Shown here: positions 36,777 through 46,490 of the stretch, piece by piece
How the letters are laid out: each line of letters begins with the position of its first letter
Position numbering within the stretch: the first letter of the stretch is position 1
From: Vulcanimicrobiales bacterium
GTDB taxonomy: Bacteria > Vulcanimicrobiota > Vulcanimicrobiia > Vulcanimicrobiales > Vulcanimicrobiaceae
Assembly: GCA_038215615.1 (NCBI GenBank)
Contig: JBBQQR010000015.1
Coordinates: 1 to 47,365, forward strand
DNA: 47,365 nt
Direction: 5' to 3'
Made by a program: the position numbers and the translations under genes
The notes under the pieces: model-generated
Databases searched by the model: none
What the model saw: only the letters and a program-made list of their open reading frames with translations
What the model was told of the DNA's origin: nothing

Positions 36777-37643
36777 ATGCGTAAAGTGACGATTATCTGC
36801 CGTCCGAAATCTCGGAATGGCGTCCCATTCTATCAGCGCCTGCACGACGAACTCCCCAAACAGGGCGTCCGGGTTGTCGCGGCCCACAGCGCGGAGAGCC
36901 GAAAAGACCTCATTCGCGCTGTCCGGAGCGCGGTGAAGGCCAAGGCCCAGACCATCGTCGTGGTCGGGGGCGACGGCTCTCAGACCGCGGCCGTCGCGGA
37001 GATCGCGCACACCAAGTCCGCGCTGGCGGTCGTTCCGGCCGGCACGGGCAACAGCTTCGCGCTGAGCATCGGCATCAAGGACTTCGAAACCGCGCTCGAG
37101 GCGATCGTCAAAGGGCGCGAACAGCGCATCGACGTCGGCGTGCTCAATGGGACCTATTTCGCGAACTTCGCCTCGGTCGGACTCTTAGCCGACGCTGCCG
37201 ATGAAACGAGCCGCCCGCTCAAACGCATCGTCGGTCCGGTCGCCTACGGCGTCTCGTTCATGCGCAACCTCTTGCGCAGCAAACCCTTCGACATGCACGT
37301 CACCTGGGAAGGTGGCGAGCTCGACATCCAGACCTACCAAGCAATCATCGCCAACGGGCGGTACTTCGGATGGCAGGCACTCACGCCCGACGCCAGCGTG
37401 CACAGCGGTAAACTTGCCTTCTTCGCTGTGGAGGGCGTATCGCGAACGGACGCGTTAAAAACCAGCGCCGCGCTCGTACGGGGCGACCAAGCCAAACTCG
37501 AAGGCGCGCACTATTTCTCCGCTTGCAAGATCCAGATCAAGACCAAACCCAAGCAGCAACTCGACATCGACGGCCACACGCTGGGTAAGACCCCGGCGAA
37601 ATTTAAGGTCGAAACGAAAGCGCTGCGCGTTCTCGTTCCTTGA
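36777..37643 (+). CDS. Diacylglycerol kinase family lipid kinase (YegS/BmrU-like)
   Basis: GGDGS, PAGTGNSFA, IDVG, IANGRYFG, IDG. Confidence 0.88.
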   Translation: MRKVTIICRPKSRNGVPFYQRLHDELPKQGVRVVAAHSAESRKDLIRAVRSAVKAKAQTIVVVGGDGSQTAAVAEIAHTKSALAVVPAGTGNSFALSIGIKDFETALEAIVKGREQRIDVGVLNGTYFANFASVGLLADAADETSRPLKRIVGPVAYGVSFMRNLLRSKPFDMHVTWEGGELDIQTYQAIIANGRYFGWQALTPDASVHSGKLAFFAVEGVSRTDALKTSAALVRGDQAKLEGAHYFSACKIQIKTKPKQQLDIDGHTLGKTPAKFKVETKALRVLVP

Positions 37644-38254
37644 GCCGCACCGCCGAATACTATATCGCCGCCGCAGTTCTCTTCGTCGCGTTCGTCGCGC
37701 TCGGCGAGTTCGTGACGCGCAAGCCGGCTCTCCGCGTCGACTCGGCGGCGCTCTTCCATGCGCGTGCGACTCCGCTGGCGCGCTTCTTCACCTTCTCCGG
37801 GCGCTGGGCTTTCCTCACCGGCGGCTTTATTATTGCGACGATCATTTTCATGCACGAGCATCGCGGGGTGATTATTCCGGCGTTGCTGATTCTCTCGCAG
37901 ATCATCACGCAAACGTTGGCCGAGCTCTTCAAAGCCCACTACCGGCGCGTGCGTCCAGAGTATTGGATCGTCGGACTGGATATCGGCAAATCATTTCCGA
38001 GCGGTCATGCGGTTACGGCGATGGTCTACTTCTGCGGCTGGGCGTGCGTGGTTGCGCTCAGCTCGCTGGCGCCAGATCTCAAATACGCGCTTGTCGGCGT
38101 GCTGGTCGCATGGGCTGTCCTGGTGGACTGGTCGCGCTTAGCATTGGGCGCGCACTATCTCACCGATATCGCCGGCGGCACGCTGCTCGGATCGGCATGG
38201 CTTTGCGCGGTGCTGGGCGCCGTGCACCAATTCGCGCTGGCCCACGCGCCTTAG
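37640..38254 (+). CDS. PAP2-family phosphatase
   Basis: KxxxxRxRP, SFPSGH, SRLALGAHYLTD. Confidence 0.9.
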   Translation: MSRTAEYYIAAAVLFVAFVALGEFVTRKPALRVDSAALFHARATPLARFFTFSGRWAFLTGGFIIATIIFMHEHRGVIIPALLILSQIITQTLAELFKAHYRRVRPEYWIVGLDIGKSFPSGHAVTAMVYFCGWACVVALSSLAPDLKYALVGVLVAWAVLVDWSRLALGAHYLTDIAGGTLLGSAWLCAVLGAVHQFALAHAP

Positions 38255-38316
38255 GCGCGCTGTTTGCTTTCGGTCGAGCCGCGCTCGATCAGGCTCTTGG
38301 TTAAGTAAACCAAGCT

Positions 38317-38493
38317 TTAGCCCGATGAACTCGTCGTTTGCCCGCCAGTGCTCGCGTCGCCACGTCGGCTCGTCGTCGGAAAAAGCCCTTTCACCCGCAC
38401 GAAGCCGAACCCGGCTAAGAACGCATCGTAAAACTGCGTCGCCGCTCCAACGTCTTTGACGCGCAAGTCGGCGTGGCTAAATAAACGTTGCAC
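38317..38493 (-). pseudogene. VOC/glyoxalase family remnant
   Basis: VQRLFSHADLRVKDVGAATQFYDAFL, then a stop after 58 aa. A shifted frame continues FSDDEPTWRREHWRANDEFIG; no VOC C-terminal half follows. Confidence 0.6.
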
Positions 38494-38515
38494 CGCGTCG
38501 TCTGCCCTGGAAGCG

Positions 38516-39589
38516 CTAGCCGCGATAGCGCAGGAAGGCCGGTACCTCGATGTCGTCCATATTCACCGGCGAGACCGCGTCGAAGCGGGTGTCGGCGAAG
38601 TTGAACGAGGCTTGCGAACGCCCGTATCCGCGCTGCGTGCCGAAGCCCGCCGCTAGCACCGTGACGCGCACTTTACCCGTCATGGTCGGATCGATGCTCG
38701 CACCGAAGATGATCTGCGCGTCGCCGTCAACGGCGCGACTGATCATCTCAGCGGCTTCGTTGACTTCGTACATTGCCATATCCGCGCCGCCGGTGATATT
38801 GAAGATCACGCCGCGCGCGCCTTCGATCGTCGTTTCCAGCAGCGGCGATGCGATCGCTTTTTGCGCGGCGTCGGCCGCACGATGCTCGCCCGTGCCTTCG
38901 CCGATGCCCATCATCGCAGTGCCCGCGTCCGTCATGACCGTCTTCACGTCGGCGAAGTCGAGGTTGATGAGTCCCGGCTGCGTGATCAGGTCCGAGATGC
39001 CGGCGATGCCTTGGCGCAGCACGTCGTCGGCATAAGCGAACGCTTCGTTCAGCGGCGTACGCTTTTCGATCACTTGCAGAATGCGCTCGTTGGGAATCGT
39101 GATCATCGTGTCGACTTTGGGCTCGAGCTCGGCAATGCCGTTCTCGGCCACTTGCATGCGTTTGCGTCCTTCGAACGCAAACGGTTTGGTGACCACCGCA
39201 ATCGTCAGCGCGCCTGCATCGTGCGCCAGCTCCGCGATGATCGGCGTTGCGCCGGTCCCGGTGCCGCCGCCCATGCCCGTGGTAATGAAGACGAGGTCCG
39301 CGCCTTCGAGAATCAGCGAGAGGTCTTCGCGTGAATCTTCAGCCGCTTCACGCGCGAGCACCGGGTTAGCGCCGGCGCCCAGGCCGCGCGTCAGACCCGT
39401 GCCGATCTGCACGGTATTTTCGGTCAGCGAATTGCGGAGCGCTTGCACGTCGGAGTTGACGGCATAAAACTCCACGCCGGTTAGCCCGGCTTCGATCATG
39501 CGATTGACCGCGTTGCATCCGCCGCCGCCGACGCCGACCACTTTAATCGTCGCCGCATGTTCGGGTACGTAGCGCTTCGCTTCAGCCAT
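38516..39589 (-). CDS. ftsZ: Cell division protein FtsZ
   Basis: GVGGGGCNAV, GMGGGTGTG, NLDFADV, C-terminal IEVPAFLR; AAGGAG SD. Confidence 0.97.
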   Translation of the reverse strand: MAEAKRYVPEHAATIKVVGVGGGGCNAVNRMIEAGLTGVEFYAVNSDVQALRNSLTENTVQIGTGLTRGLGAGANPVLAREAAEDSREDLSLILEGADLVFITTGMGGGTGTGATPIIAELAHDAGALTIAVVTKPFAFEGRKRMQVAENGIAELEPKVDTMITIPNERILQVIEKRTPLNEAFAYADDVLRQGIAGISDLITQPGLINLDFADVKTVMTDAGTAMMGIGEGTGEHRAADAAQKAIASPLLETTIEGARGVIFNITGGADMAMYEVNEAAEMISRAVDGDAQIIFGASIDPTMTGKVRVTVLAAGFGTQRGYGRSQASFNFADTRFDAVSPVNMDDIEVPAFLRYRG

Positions 39590-39606
39590 GGTAGTCGTCT
39601 CCTTAT

Positions 39607-40821
39607 TTAGTTCCATAGATCGCCCAGCCACGAGCGGAATTTGCCGAACATCGACGGGCTGCGTTTGACGTAGCGGTGGTTTTCGATCCCGCCGTTGGGA
39701 CCGAAGAGAATTAAGCCGATGGCGGTGGCATATTCGGGCTGCTTCATCGCGTCGGTCAGGCCGCCGATTGCATCGGGCGTGCCGACGCGAACCGGCAATC
39801 CGAAGACCTCTTCCGCCAGGGGCTCGATGCCTTTGAGATGCGCGCCGCCGCCGGTCAGCACGATCTCGCCCAAAACCAGATCGCGCGGCACGTTTTCAAT
39901 GATCTTCGTCTTGCACATCCGGAACGTTTCGATCACGCGCGGCACGACGATCTGGCGCAGCTGTGAACTCGCCGACTCTCGGGTGCTCCGGCCGTCGAGC
40001 GTTTTGACCGGGAAGGTCTGCTCTTCCAATTCCGGCGGCCCCGAACCGTAGACGCGTTTGATCTGCTCGGCTTCGCCGGCGGTTGTCTTCAGCCCGAGCG
40101 AGATGTCGTTGGTGAGGATGTTGCCGCCGATCGGAATCGTCGCGGTGTAGATCGCGCCGCCGCCGCTATATACGGCGATGTCCGTCGTCCCGCCGCCGAT
40201 GTCGAGCAGTACCACCCCGACTTGTTTCTCTTCAGGCAGCAGAGTCGCGGCCGAACTGGCCAGCGGCTCGAAGACCAGCCCCGAGGCCTCGAGCCCGGCG
40301 CGATGCACGCACTTCAAGACGTTGGTGATGAACGACGTGCCGCCGGTGATGATGTGCGTGTCGACCTCGAGGCGCCCGCCGGCCATGCCGATCGGATCCT
40401 CGACGCCATCCTGCCCGTCGACGGTGAAGTAGCGCGGCAGAGCATGGATGATCTGCCGGTCGCTGGGGACGCTGATAATTTTGCTGGCCTCGACCACGCG
40501 GTGAACGTCGCTGCTGCTGACCTCGCGGTCTTCGTTCTGGACGGCGACCACGGCGCGGTTATTGGTGCTGCGGATGTGCTCGCCGGTGATGGCGACGTAG
40601 ACGTCGCCGATGTGGACGCCGGCCATGCGTTCGGCCTTTTCGGTCGCAGCTTCGATCGACTTGATGGTCTCCTCGAGGTCGGTAACGACGCCCTTACGCA
40701 TTCCCAGCGAAGGCGCTTCCCCGAAGCCGATAATCTCCCAGCCTTGGGGTCCGTCGGAGGCGACAACAGCGCACGTCTTAGTCGTGCCTATGTCTAGCCC
40801 CGCAACGGTGCCGTGCTTCAT
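39607..40821 (-). CDS. ftsA: Cell division protein FtsA
   Basis: GLDIGTTK, GMRKGVV, LDIGGGTTD, LTGGGA, PEYATAIGL. Confidence 0.95.
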   Translation of the reverse strand: MKHGTVAGLDIGTTKTCAVVASDGPQGWEIIGFGEAPSLGMRKGVVTDLEETIKSIEAATEKAERMAGVHIGDVYVAITGEHIRSTNNRAVVAVQNEDREVSSSDVHRVVEASKIISVPSDRQIIHALPRYFTVDGQDGVEDPIGMAGGRLEVDTHIITGGTSFITNVLKCVHRAGLEASGLVFEPLASSAATLLPEEKQVGVVLLDIGGGTTDIAVYSGGGAIYTATIPIGGNILTNDISLGLKTTAGEAEQIKRVYGSGPPELEEQTFPVKTLDGRSTRESASSQLRQIVVPRVIETFRMCKTKIIENVPRDLVLGEIVLTGGGAHLKGIEPLAEEVFGLPVRVGTPDAIGGLTDAMKQPEYATAIGLILFGPNGGIENHRYVKRSPSMFGKFRSWLGDLWN

Positions 40822-41036
40822 CCGCGATCCCCTCAAGCCCAATATATTGTGGCCCGGCTGCTTAAACCCTACAACGTGTAGCGGGTATTGGCAAGGGCCC
40901 TGACCTACTTCCAGCCCACAAGTTTGAGCGGGGGCGGCGCCCTCCTTGCGAGCAACCTGTGCAGCGGTGTGGAGAAAAGTCGGAAATATTGGTAAAATCC
41001 CATGCTAAGTCCACTCGGCGCTTTGATGGAGTATTC

Positions 41037-41339
41037 GTGCGAACAATCAGCCTGCTAGCTTTCATCGCGGCTCTGGCCGCGCCCGCGGTCGCAGCTCAAA
41101 CCTCGGCGACGCGCACCGCCGTTACGAACACGGCCCCACTGCCTGACGGCACCTACACGGCGGTCGTGCAAAAGGTGCTCGACACAAAAGACGTCGTGGT
41201 CAAACTTTCCAACGGAGCACAAGCCACGCTGAAAACGAACAAAGACAACGTCGATTTCACGAAATGTCAGACCAACGAATCGATCCGCTTTTCGGTAATC
41301 AACGGTCTGGTCGCGGTATACGCACCCGAATCTCAATAA
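41037..41339 (+). CDS. Small secreted hypothetical protein
   Basis: GGAG SD with GTG start; signal peptide; beta-rich body. Confidence 0.7.
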   Translation: MRTISLLAFIAALAAPAVAAQTSATRTAVTNTAPLPDGTYTAVVQKVLDTKDVVVKLSNGAQATLKTNKDNVDFTKCQTNESIRFSVINGLVAVYAPESQ

Positions 41340-41358
41340 AAAAACGAGCGAATGAAGC

Positions 41359-41389
41359 CACGGGCCTTTCGGTTCTGCCGAGAGGCCCG
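41359..41389. terminator. Hairpin between convergent genes
   Basis: ACGGGCCTTTCGG-TTCTG-CCGAGAGGCCCGT. Confidence 0.5.
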
Positions 41390-41395
41390 TCTCGT

Positions 41396-42136
41396 TTACT
41401 TGTAGCGAACCACCGGCGTACCGGGCGCGCGCAAGTCGATCGCGGCAATCTTCTTTCCGGCCGTCTGCGATAATATCGGGCCGATCAGCTCGACCTTGCG
41501 CTTCAGGTCCTCATCGTCGCCCAACAGTATCTGTACGCCGCGCGGAGTCACCGCAACTAAGTCGCCGAAGCGGTCGTCGTGCAGCGACGTGACGATAACG
41601 TGCGCCGCCACTAGTTGTTCGTAATCGTCGCGCAGTCGAGCTACGCGCTCGTCTTTTATCGATTTCCCCGGCGGCGGCAGCGCAACGCGCAAGACAAACT
41701 GCGGGAGGGCCGGTCCGGCTTTCGCATCGAGCACGCGCAAGTCGCGGTCGATCACGATCGAGTTGGCTCCGGATCGGATAACGGCAAACGCGAATCGCTC
41801 GTGCACGACGATCGTCACCGACGCCGGAAAAGCTCGCCGGATCGTCACCTGGCCCACATTGGGTATCGCCGCTACCCGGTCCGCGGCGGCTCGCATGTTC
41901 TGCAGCCAAACATTCAAGCGGCGGTTGATGGCCGCGTGGTGGAGAATATCCTTGGTCTTCACGCGTCGGTTCCCGACGACGGCGATTTGATGCGCGCGGA
42001 AGCCCGGCCACGTCATCGCGTAATAGCCGCCCAAAAGCCCGAACGCGATCAATAGGACGAGAATGATCCAAAACGGGCGGATACGCGCTGCGGCCGAGCG
42101 TTGGCGCCTGGCGACGGGCTTGCGCGGGCGGCTCAT
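41396..42136 (-). CDS. ftsQ: FtsQ/DivIB-type POTRA protein
   Basis: Basic N-terminus, single transmembrane helix, POTRA (IAVVGN..RAFPASVTIVVHER), C-terminal IDLR. Confidence 0.82.
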   Translation of the reverse strand: MSRPRKPVARRQRSAAARIRPFWIILVLLIAFGLLGGYYAMTWPGFRAHQIAVVGNRRVKTKDILHHAAINRRLNVWLQNMRAAADRVAAIPNVGQVTIRRAFPASVTIVVHERFAFAVIRSGANSIVIDRDLRVLDAKAGPALPQFVLRVALPPPGKSIKDERVARLRDDYEQLVAAHVIVTSLHDDRFGDLVAVTPRGVQILLGDDEDLKRKVELIGPILSQTAGKKIAAIDLRAPGTPVVRYK

Positions 42137-42936
42137 TGGAGCACGTACCGTTCGATGGCTTCGGCGACGCCGTCGTTCGCAACGTCGGCGACGACTGCAT
42201 CGCTTACCGCGCGCAGTTCCCCCGGCGCCGATCCCATCGCCACGCCGAACCCGGCGGTACGCAAGAGCGGCACATCGTTCCACGAGTCGCCAATCGCCAT
42301 GGTCGCTTCCAGCGGCACGCCGACGGTCCGCGCGACGAGCTCGAACGCTTTGCCTTTATCGACCTTCGGATCCATCACTTCGATGAACCATGCAATGCTG
42401 CGCGTTACATACGCGCGATCGCCCATCGCTTGCCGCACACCGTCAATTTCGCGATCGACGACCTCGGGCTCTGCGATGATGCATGCTTTGGTCGCATCGC
42501 TGAAATGAAACTCTTGCGCCAGCGACGGCACGACGATCGGCTCCGAATCCGAGAGTTTGGCGTAGTAGTCGGAGTAGCGGTTGCGCTCCTCACAGTAGTA
42601 CCGGTCGTTCTTATAGAGCTGCACGTGTAGGCCCCGGGACTTCGCATACGCGGCGACCTCAAGCGCCGCGGCGTTCGGCAAGGGCGTATCGAGCAGCACT
42701 TCGTCTTTCGTGGGGTCGACGACCGCAGCGCCCTGGTAACAAATAATCGGCGCCTCGAATCCCAGCCCGCGCGCGAAAGGAAGCGCCGCGCGGAACATGC
42801 GCCCGGTCACGATACAGCCCTGGACGCCTCGCGTGCGCATCGCGGCGATGGCTTGAGCGACACGCGGCCGGATCTGCAGATCTTCGCCGATCAGCGTGCC
42901 GTCCAGATCGAACGCGACCAACTGCGGACGCGTCAG
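42133..42936 (-). CDS. Cof-type HAD hydrolase
   Basis: AFDLDGTL, VTGR, VDKG, AIGDSWND, GVAMG, NDGVA. Confidence 0.9.
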   Translation of the reverse strand: MTRPQLVAFDLDGTLIGEDLQIRPRVAQAIAAMRTRGVQGCIVTGRMFRAALPFARGLGFEAPIICYQGAAVVDPTKDEVLLDTPLPNAAALEVAAYAKSRGLHVQLYKNDRYYCEERNRYSDYYAKLSDSEPIVVPSLAQEFHFSDATKACIIAEPEVVDREIDGVRQAMGDRAYVTRSIAWFIEVMDPKVDKGKAFELVARTVGVPLEATMAIGDSWNDVPLLRTAGFGVAMGSAPGELRAVSDAVVADVANDGVAEAIERYVLQ

Positions 42937-45900
42937 ATCGGCAGGCCTTCTTGTACGTTCCCGGCGCCGACGATGCGTTCGAGTTCGAGCTTCACGCGAT
43001 AATCCGCCGCAATGCCGCGCGCGAGTTTTTGGGTTCGATCGCCCACGCGCAAGACGAGCGGGACCGAACCAGGCCATTCGTCCAGGATGGCGACCAGACG
43101 GTCGACTTGATCGCGCTGCGTCACGTTCACGTGCCAGCCGGGCGCGCGCACCGCGGCCGCCGGCCGCTCGAATGCCGACACATCGCTCACCGCAATCGTC
43201 GTTTCCATTGGCCCCTCTTGGCCGACCGGTCCGCCGACGCGTTCGCGCGTACGCAGGCGTCCTTTGACGACCAGAATTTTATCGGTTTCAAAGAAGCCTT
43301 GGACTTGCGGATAGACCTTTGAAAAAACCACCGACTCGACGCTTCCGGTCATATCCTCGATCGTCGCGATCAGGATTTGCTGGCCGGCCTTGGTGAGCGT
43401 GCGGCGCACGCCGGTGACCATGCCCGCGACACAGACGAATGTATCATCTTCGCGCTGGCGCAGATCCTTGACCGGCACGGCGCCGGTACGGGCAAGTGCT
43501 TCCGCGATGTCGGCCAGCGGATGCCCCGAGACGAAAATGCCCAGCGTCTCTTTCTCCCACTGCAGCATCTGCAAGGTCGTCGGCGGCGCAACCGGCGGGA
43601 GCGACGGCGCGAGTGCTTCGACCGAAGCCGGATCGCTTTCGCCGAAGAGCGAGGCTTGCCCGAGTGCCGCGTCGCGCGTTTCGGCGGCGGCGATGCGCAG
43701 TGCAACATCGAGCGCAGCCATCTTCTGCGCGCGGTTCCCCGGCAGGCAGTCGAGCGCACCGCACTTTATCAGCGATTCAAAGACGCGGCGGTTCACTTGT
43801 TTGCCGTCCACCCGGCGCGCAAAGTCAAAGAGATCCACAAACGCCCCGTTTTTGTCGCGTACCTCGAGAATCACGCGAACCGCACCTTCGCCCACGCCTT
43901 TGATGGCGGAGAGTCCGAACCGGACCTCGCCGTTGGCCACGCCGAAATCGATCAGCGAGGCGTTGACGTCGGGCGGCAGCACGGCGATGCCGATGTGTTT
44001 GGCTTCTTCGATATACTCCACGAGCTTGTCGGTGCGGTCACGCACCGACGTCATCAGCGCGCTGAAGTAGGGCAGCGGATGGTTCGCTTTCAGGAACGCC
44101 GTTTGATAAGCGATCCACGCATATGCCGCCGCGTGCGCCTTCGGGAAACCGTAGCCGGCGAACGGCTCGATGTATGCGAAAATTTCCGCTGCGAGCTTTT
44201 CCGGAATGTCCGAGTGCCGCTTTGCGCCTGCGATAAATTTCTTGCGGTAGACCGGGATCTTCTCTTTCTGTTTTTTGCTCATGACCTTGCGCAATTCGTC
44301 TACTTCGCCCATCGAGAAGCCGGCGACGTTGCGCGCGATCTCCATAATCTGTTCCTGATAGCAACCGACCCCGTAGGTATCGGATAAAATCGACTCCAAT
44401 TTGGGATGCAAGTATTTCGGCTTGGTGCGGCCGTGCTTAGCGTTGATATACTGCGGAATCCATTCCATCGGTCCCGGCCGGAAGAGCGCGACCAACGCGA
44501 TGATGTCCTTGAACTCGCTGGGGCGAAGCTCGGTGCAGACGCGCACCATGCCTTCAGATTCCAGCTGAAAGACTCCGATCGTATCGCCGCGGCTCAGCAT
44601 GTCGTAGGTCCGCTTGTCGTCGTCGGCCATCTTGGCCAAATCGAATTGGGGATCCGACGTGCGTTTGATCTCGTCGACCGCGTTTTTCATAACGGTCAAA
44701 TTCCGGAGGCCCAGAAAATCCATCTTGAGCAGACCGATACGTTCGACCCACTCCATGTCGTACTGCGTGTTGATGCCGGTTTCGCTCTTCGCAAGCGGCG
44801 CGTAATCGATCAGCGGTCCGGCCGAAATCACGACCCCCGCCGCGTGAGTCCCGGCATTGCGCGCTAGGCCTTCAATTGATTTGGCGGTATCGAGCCATTT
44901 TCGCATCTCCGCGGACCCGCGATAGAGCGTCTTCAGCTCCGGAATCTGTTCGAGCGCTTCCGCGATCTTCAAGCCGAGCGGGCCGGATGGAATCATCTTG
45001 GCGACGCGATCCACATCGGGAAGCGGCACACCCAGCGCACGTCCGGCATCGCGAACCGCCGCGCGAGCCGCCATCGTTCCGAATGTCACGATTTGCGCGA
45101 CGCGATCTTCGCCGTATTTTTTTGAGACGTAGGCGATCACTTCATCGCGACGCTCAACGCAAAAATCGGTGTCGATATCCGGCATCGAGATGCGGTCGGG
45201 GTTAAGGAAACGCTCGAAAAGCAGATTGAACTTCAGGGGATCGAGATCCGTGATGTGCAGGCAATAAGAAACGACCGATCCCACCGCCGAACCGCGTCCC
45301 GGCCCCACCGGTATGTCGTTATCTCGCGCATACTTGATGAAGTCCCATACGATCAGAAAGTATGATGCGTAGCCCATCTTGGTGATGATCGAGAGCTCGT
45401 AATCGAGCCGCTCGCGCAGCGCGGTATCGCCGCCCGCGCGCTCGGCGCCGTAGCGTTCGACCAATCCCTGCCCGCAAAGCTCGCGCAGATACTCTTCGGC
45501 GGTCGTTTCTTTGAGCAGACTCTCTTGAGGCACCGGAAACTCGGGCACGTTGAAGACGCGTTCGGGAATCCGGATGTCGACGCGCTTGGCGATCTCCTCG
45601 GTTGCATCGCACGCCTCAGGCAGGTCGGCCCACGCCGCGCGCATCTCGTCGCTCGACTTGACGTAAAACTCGTCGGAGTAAAACTTCATGCGGTTGGTAT
45701 CGGCGACGGTTTTTCCGGTGCCGATGCAGAGCAGCACGTCGTGCGCGGCCGCGTCTTTGCGCTCCAGATAGTGCGAATCGTTGGTCGCGACGATCGGCAG
45801 GCCGAGTTCTTTGGATATTTTGACGATGCCTGGATTGATCGACTCTTCCTCGGGCATGCCGTGGCGCATCATCTCCAGGTAAAAGCGATCGCCGAAGATA

Positions 45901-46382
45901 TCCGAGTACGCCTTCGCATTATTTTTGGCGGTCTCGTAGTCGTTGCGGAGCAGCGGCGCGGCTACCATTCCCGAAAGGCAGCCTGAAAGCGCGATCAAGC
46001 CTTCGTTATGCTTGGCCAGCAGCTCCATGTCGATACGCGGTTTGTAATAGTAGCCTTCCAGAAAACCCTTAGAGACCAGCGCGCTCAAATTCCGGTAGCC
46101 GATGAAGTCGGCAGCCAGCAGGGTGATGTGCGCTTCTTCACGCGCCGTGCGATCGAGGCGTCCGCGCGGCGCCAAATACGCTTCGCATCCCAAAATGGGC
46201 GTGAGTCCGTGATCGCGAGCGGCGTAGTAAAACTCCATGGCGCCGTACATGACGCCGTGGTCGGTCAGCGCGATGGCGGGGCTTCCGTTTTCAGCGGCGC
46301 GCCGGCACAGTTCAGAGATGCGGCACGCTCCGTCCAACAAAGAGTATTCGCTGTGGACGTGCAGGTGGACGAATTGGCTCAC
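42933..46382 (-). CDS. dnaE: DNA polymerase III alpha subunit
   Basis: HLHVHSEYSLLDG, ALTDHG, GPGRGS, SMPDIDTDF, KMDFLGL, C-terminal OB fold. Confidence 0.97.
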   Translation of the reverse strand: MSQFVHLHVHSEYSLLDGACRISELCRRAAENGSPAIALTDHGVMYGAMEFYYAARDHGLTPILGCEAYLAPRGRLDRTAREEAHITLLAADFIGYRNLSALVSKGFLEGYYYKPRIDMELLAKHNEGLIALSGCLSGMVAAPLLRNDYETAKNNAKAYSDIFGDRFYLEMMRHGMPEEESINPGIVKISKELGLPIVATNDSHYLERKDAAAHDVLLCIGTGKTVADTNRMKFYSDEFYVKSSDEMRAAWADLPEACDATEEIAKRVDIRIPERVFNVPEFPVPQESLLKETTAEEYLRELCGQGLVERYGAERAGGDTALRERLDYELSIITKMGYASYFLIVWDFIKYARDNDIPVGPGRGSAVGSVVSYCLHITDLDPLKFNLLFERFLNPDRISMPDIDTDFCVERRDEVIAYVSKKYGEDRVAQIVTFGTMAARAAVRDAGRALGVPLPDVDRVAKMIPSGPLGLKIAEALEQIPELKTLYRGSAEMRKWLDTAKSIEGLARNAGTHAAGVVISAGPLIDYAPLAKSETGINTQYDMEWVERIGLLKMDFLGLRNLTVMKNAVDEIKRTSDPQFDLAKMADDDKRTYDMLSRGDTIGVFQLESEGMVRVCTELRPSEFKDIIALVALFRPGPMEWIPQYINAKHGRTKPKYLHPKLESILSDTYGVGCYQEQIMEIARNVAGFSMGEVDELRKVMSKKQKEKIPVYRKKFIAGAKRHSDIPEKLAAEIFAYIEPFAGYGFPKAHAAAYAWIAYQTAFLKANHPLPYFSALMTSVRDRTDKLVEYIEEAKHIGIAVLPPDVNASLIDFGVANGEVRFGLSAIKGVGEGAVRVILEVRDKNGAFVDLFDFARRVDGKQVNRRVFESLIKCGALDCLPGNRAQKMAALDVALRIAAAETRDAALGQASLFGESDPASVEALAPSLPPVAPPTTLQMLQWEKETLGIFVSGHPLADIAEALARTGAVPVKDLRQREDDTFVCVAGMVTGVRRTLTKAGQQILIATIEDMTGSVESVVFSKVYPQVQGFFETDKILVVKGRLRTRERVGGPVGQEGPMETTIAVSDVSAFERPAAAVRAPGWHVNVTQRDQVDRLVAILDEWPGSVPLVLRVGDRTQKLARGIAADYRVKLELERIVGAGNVQEGLPI

Positions 46383-46490
46383 TGGCTCGCGCAGTTCGGC
46401 GCGACTCCCCCAAAACCGTGTAACCTGCCTGCCCCTGCCCATACTAAGGTCATGGGGGCCCGGCCGCGGGAGTAGTATAAAGAAGGTCAC

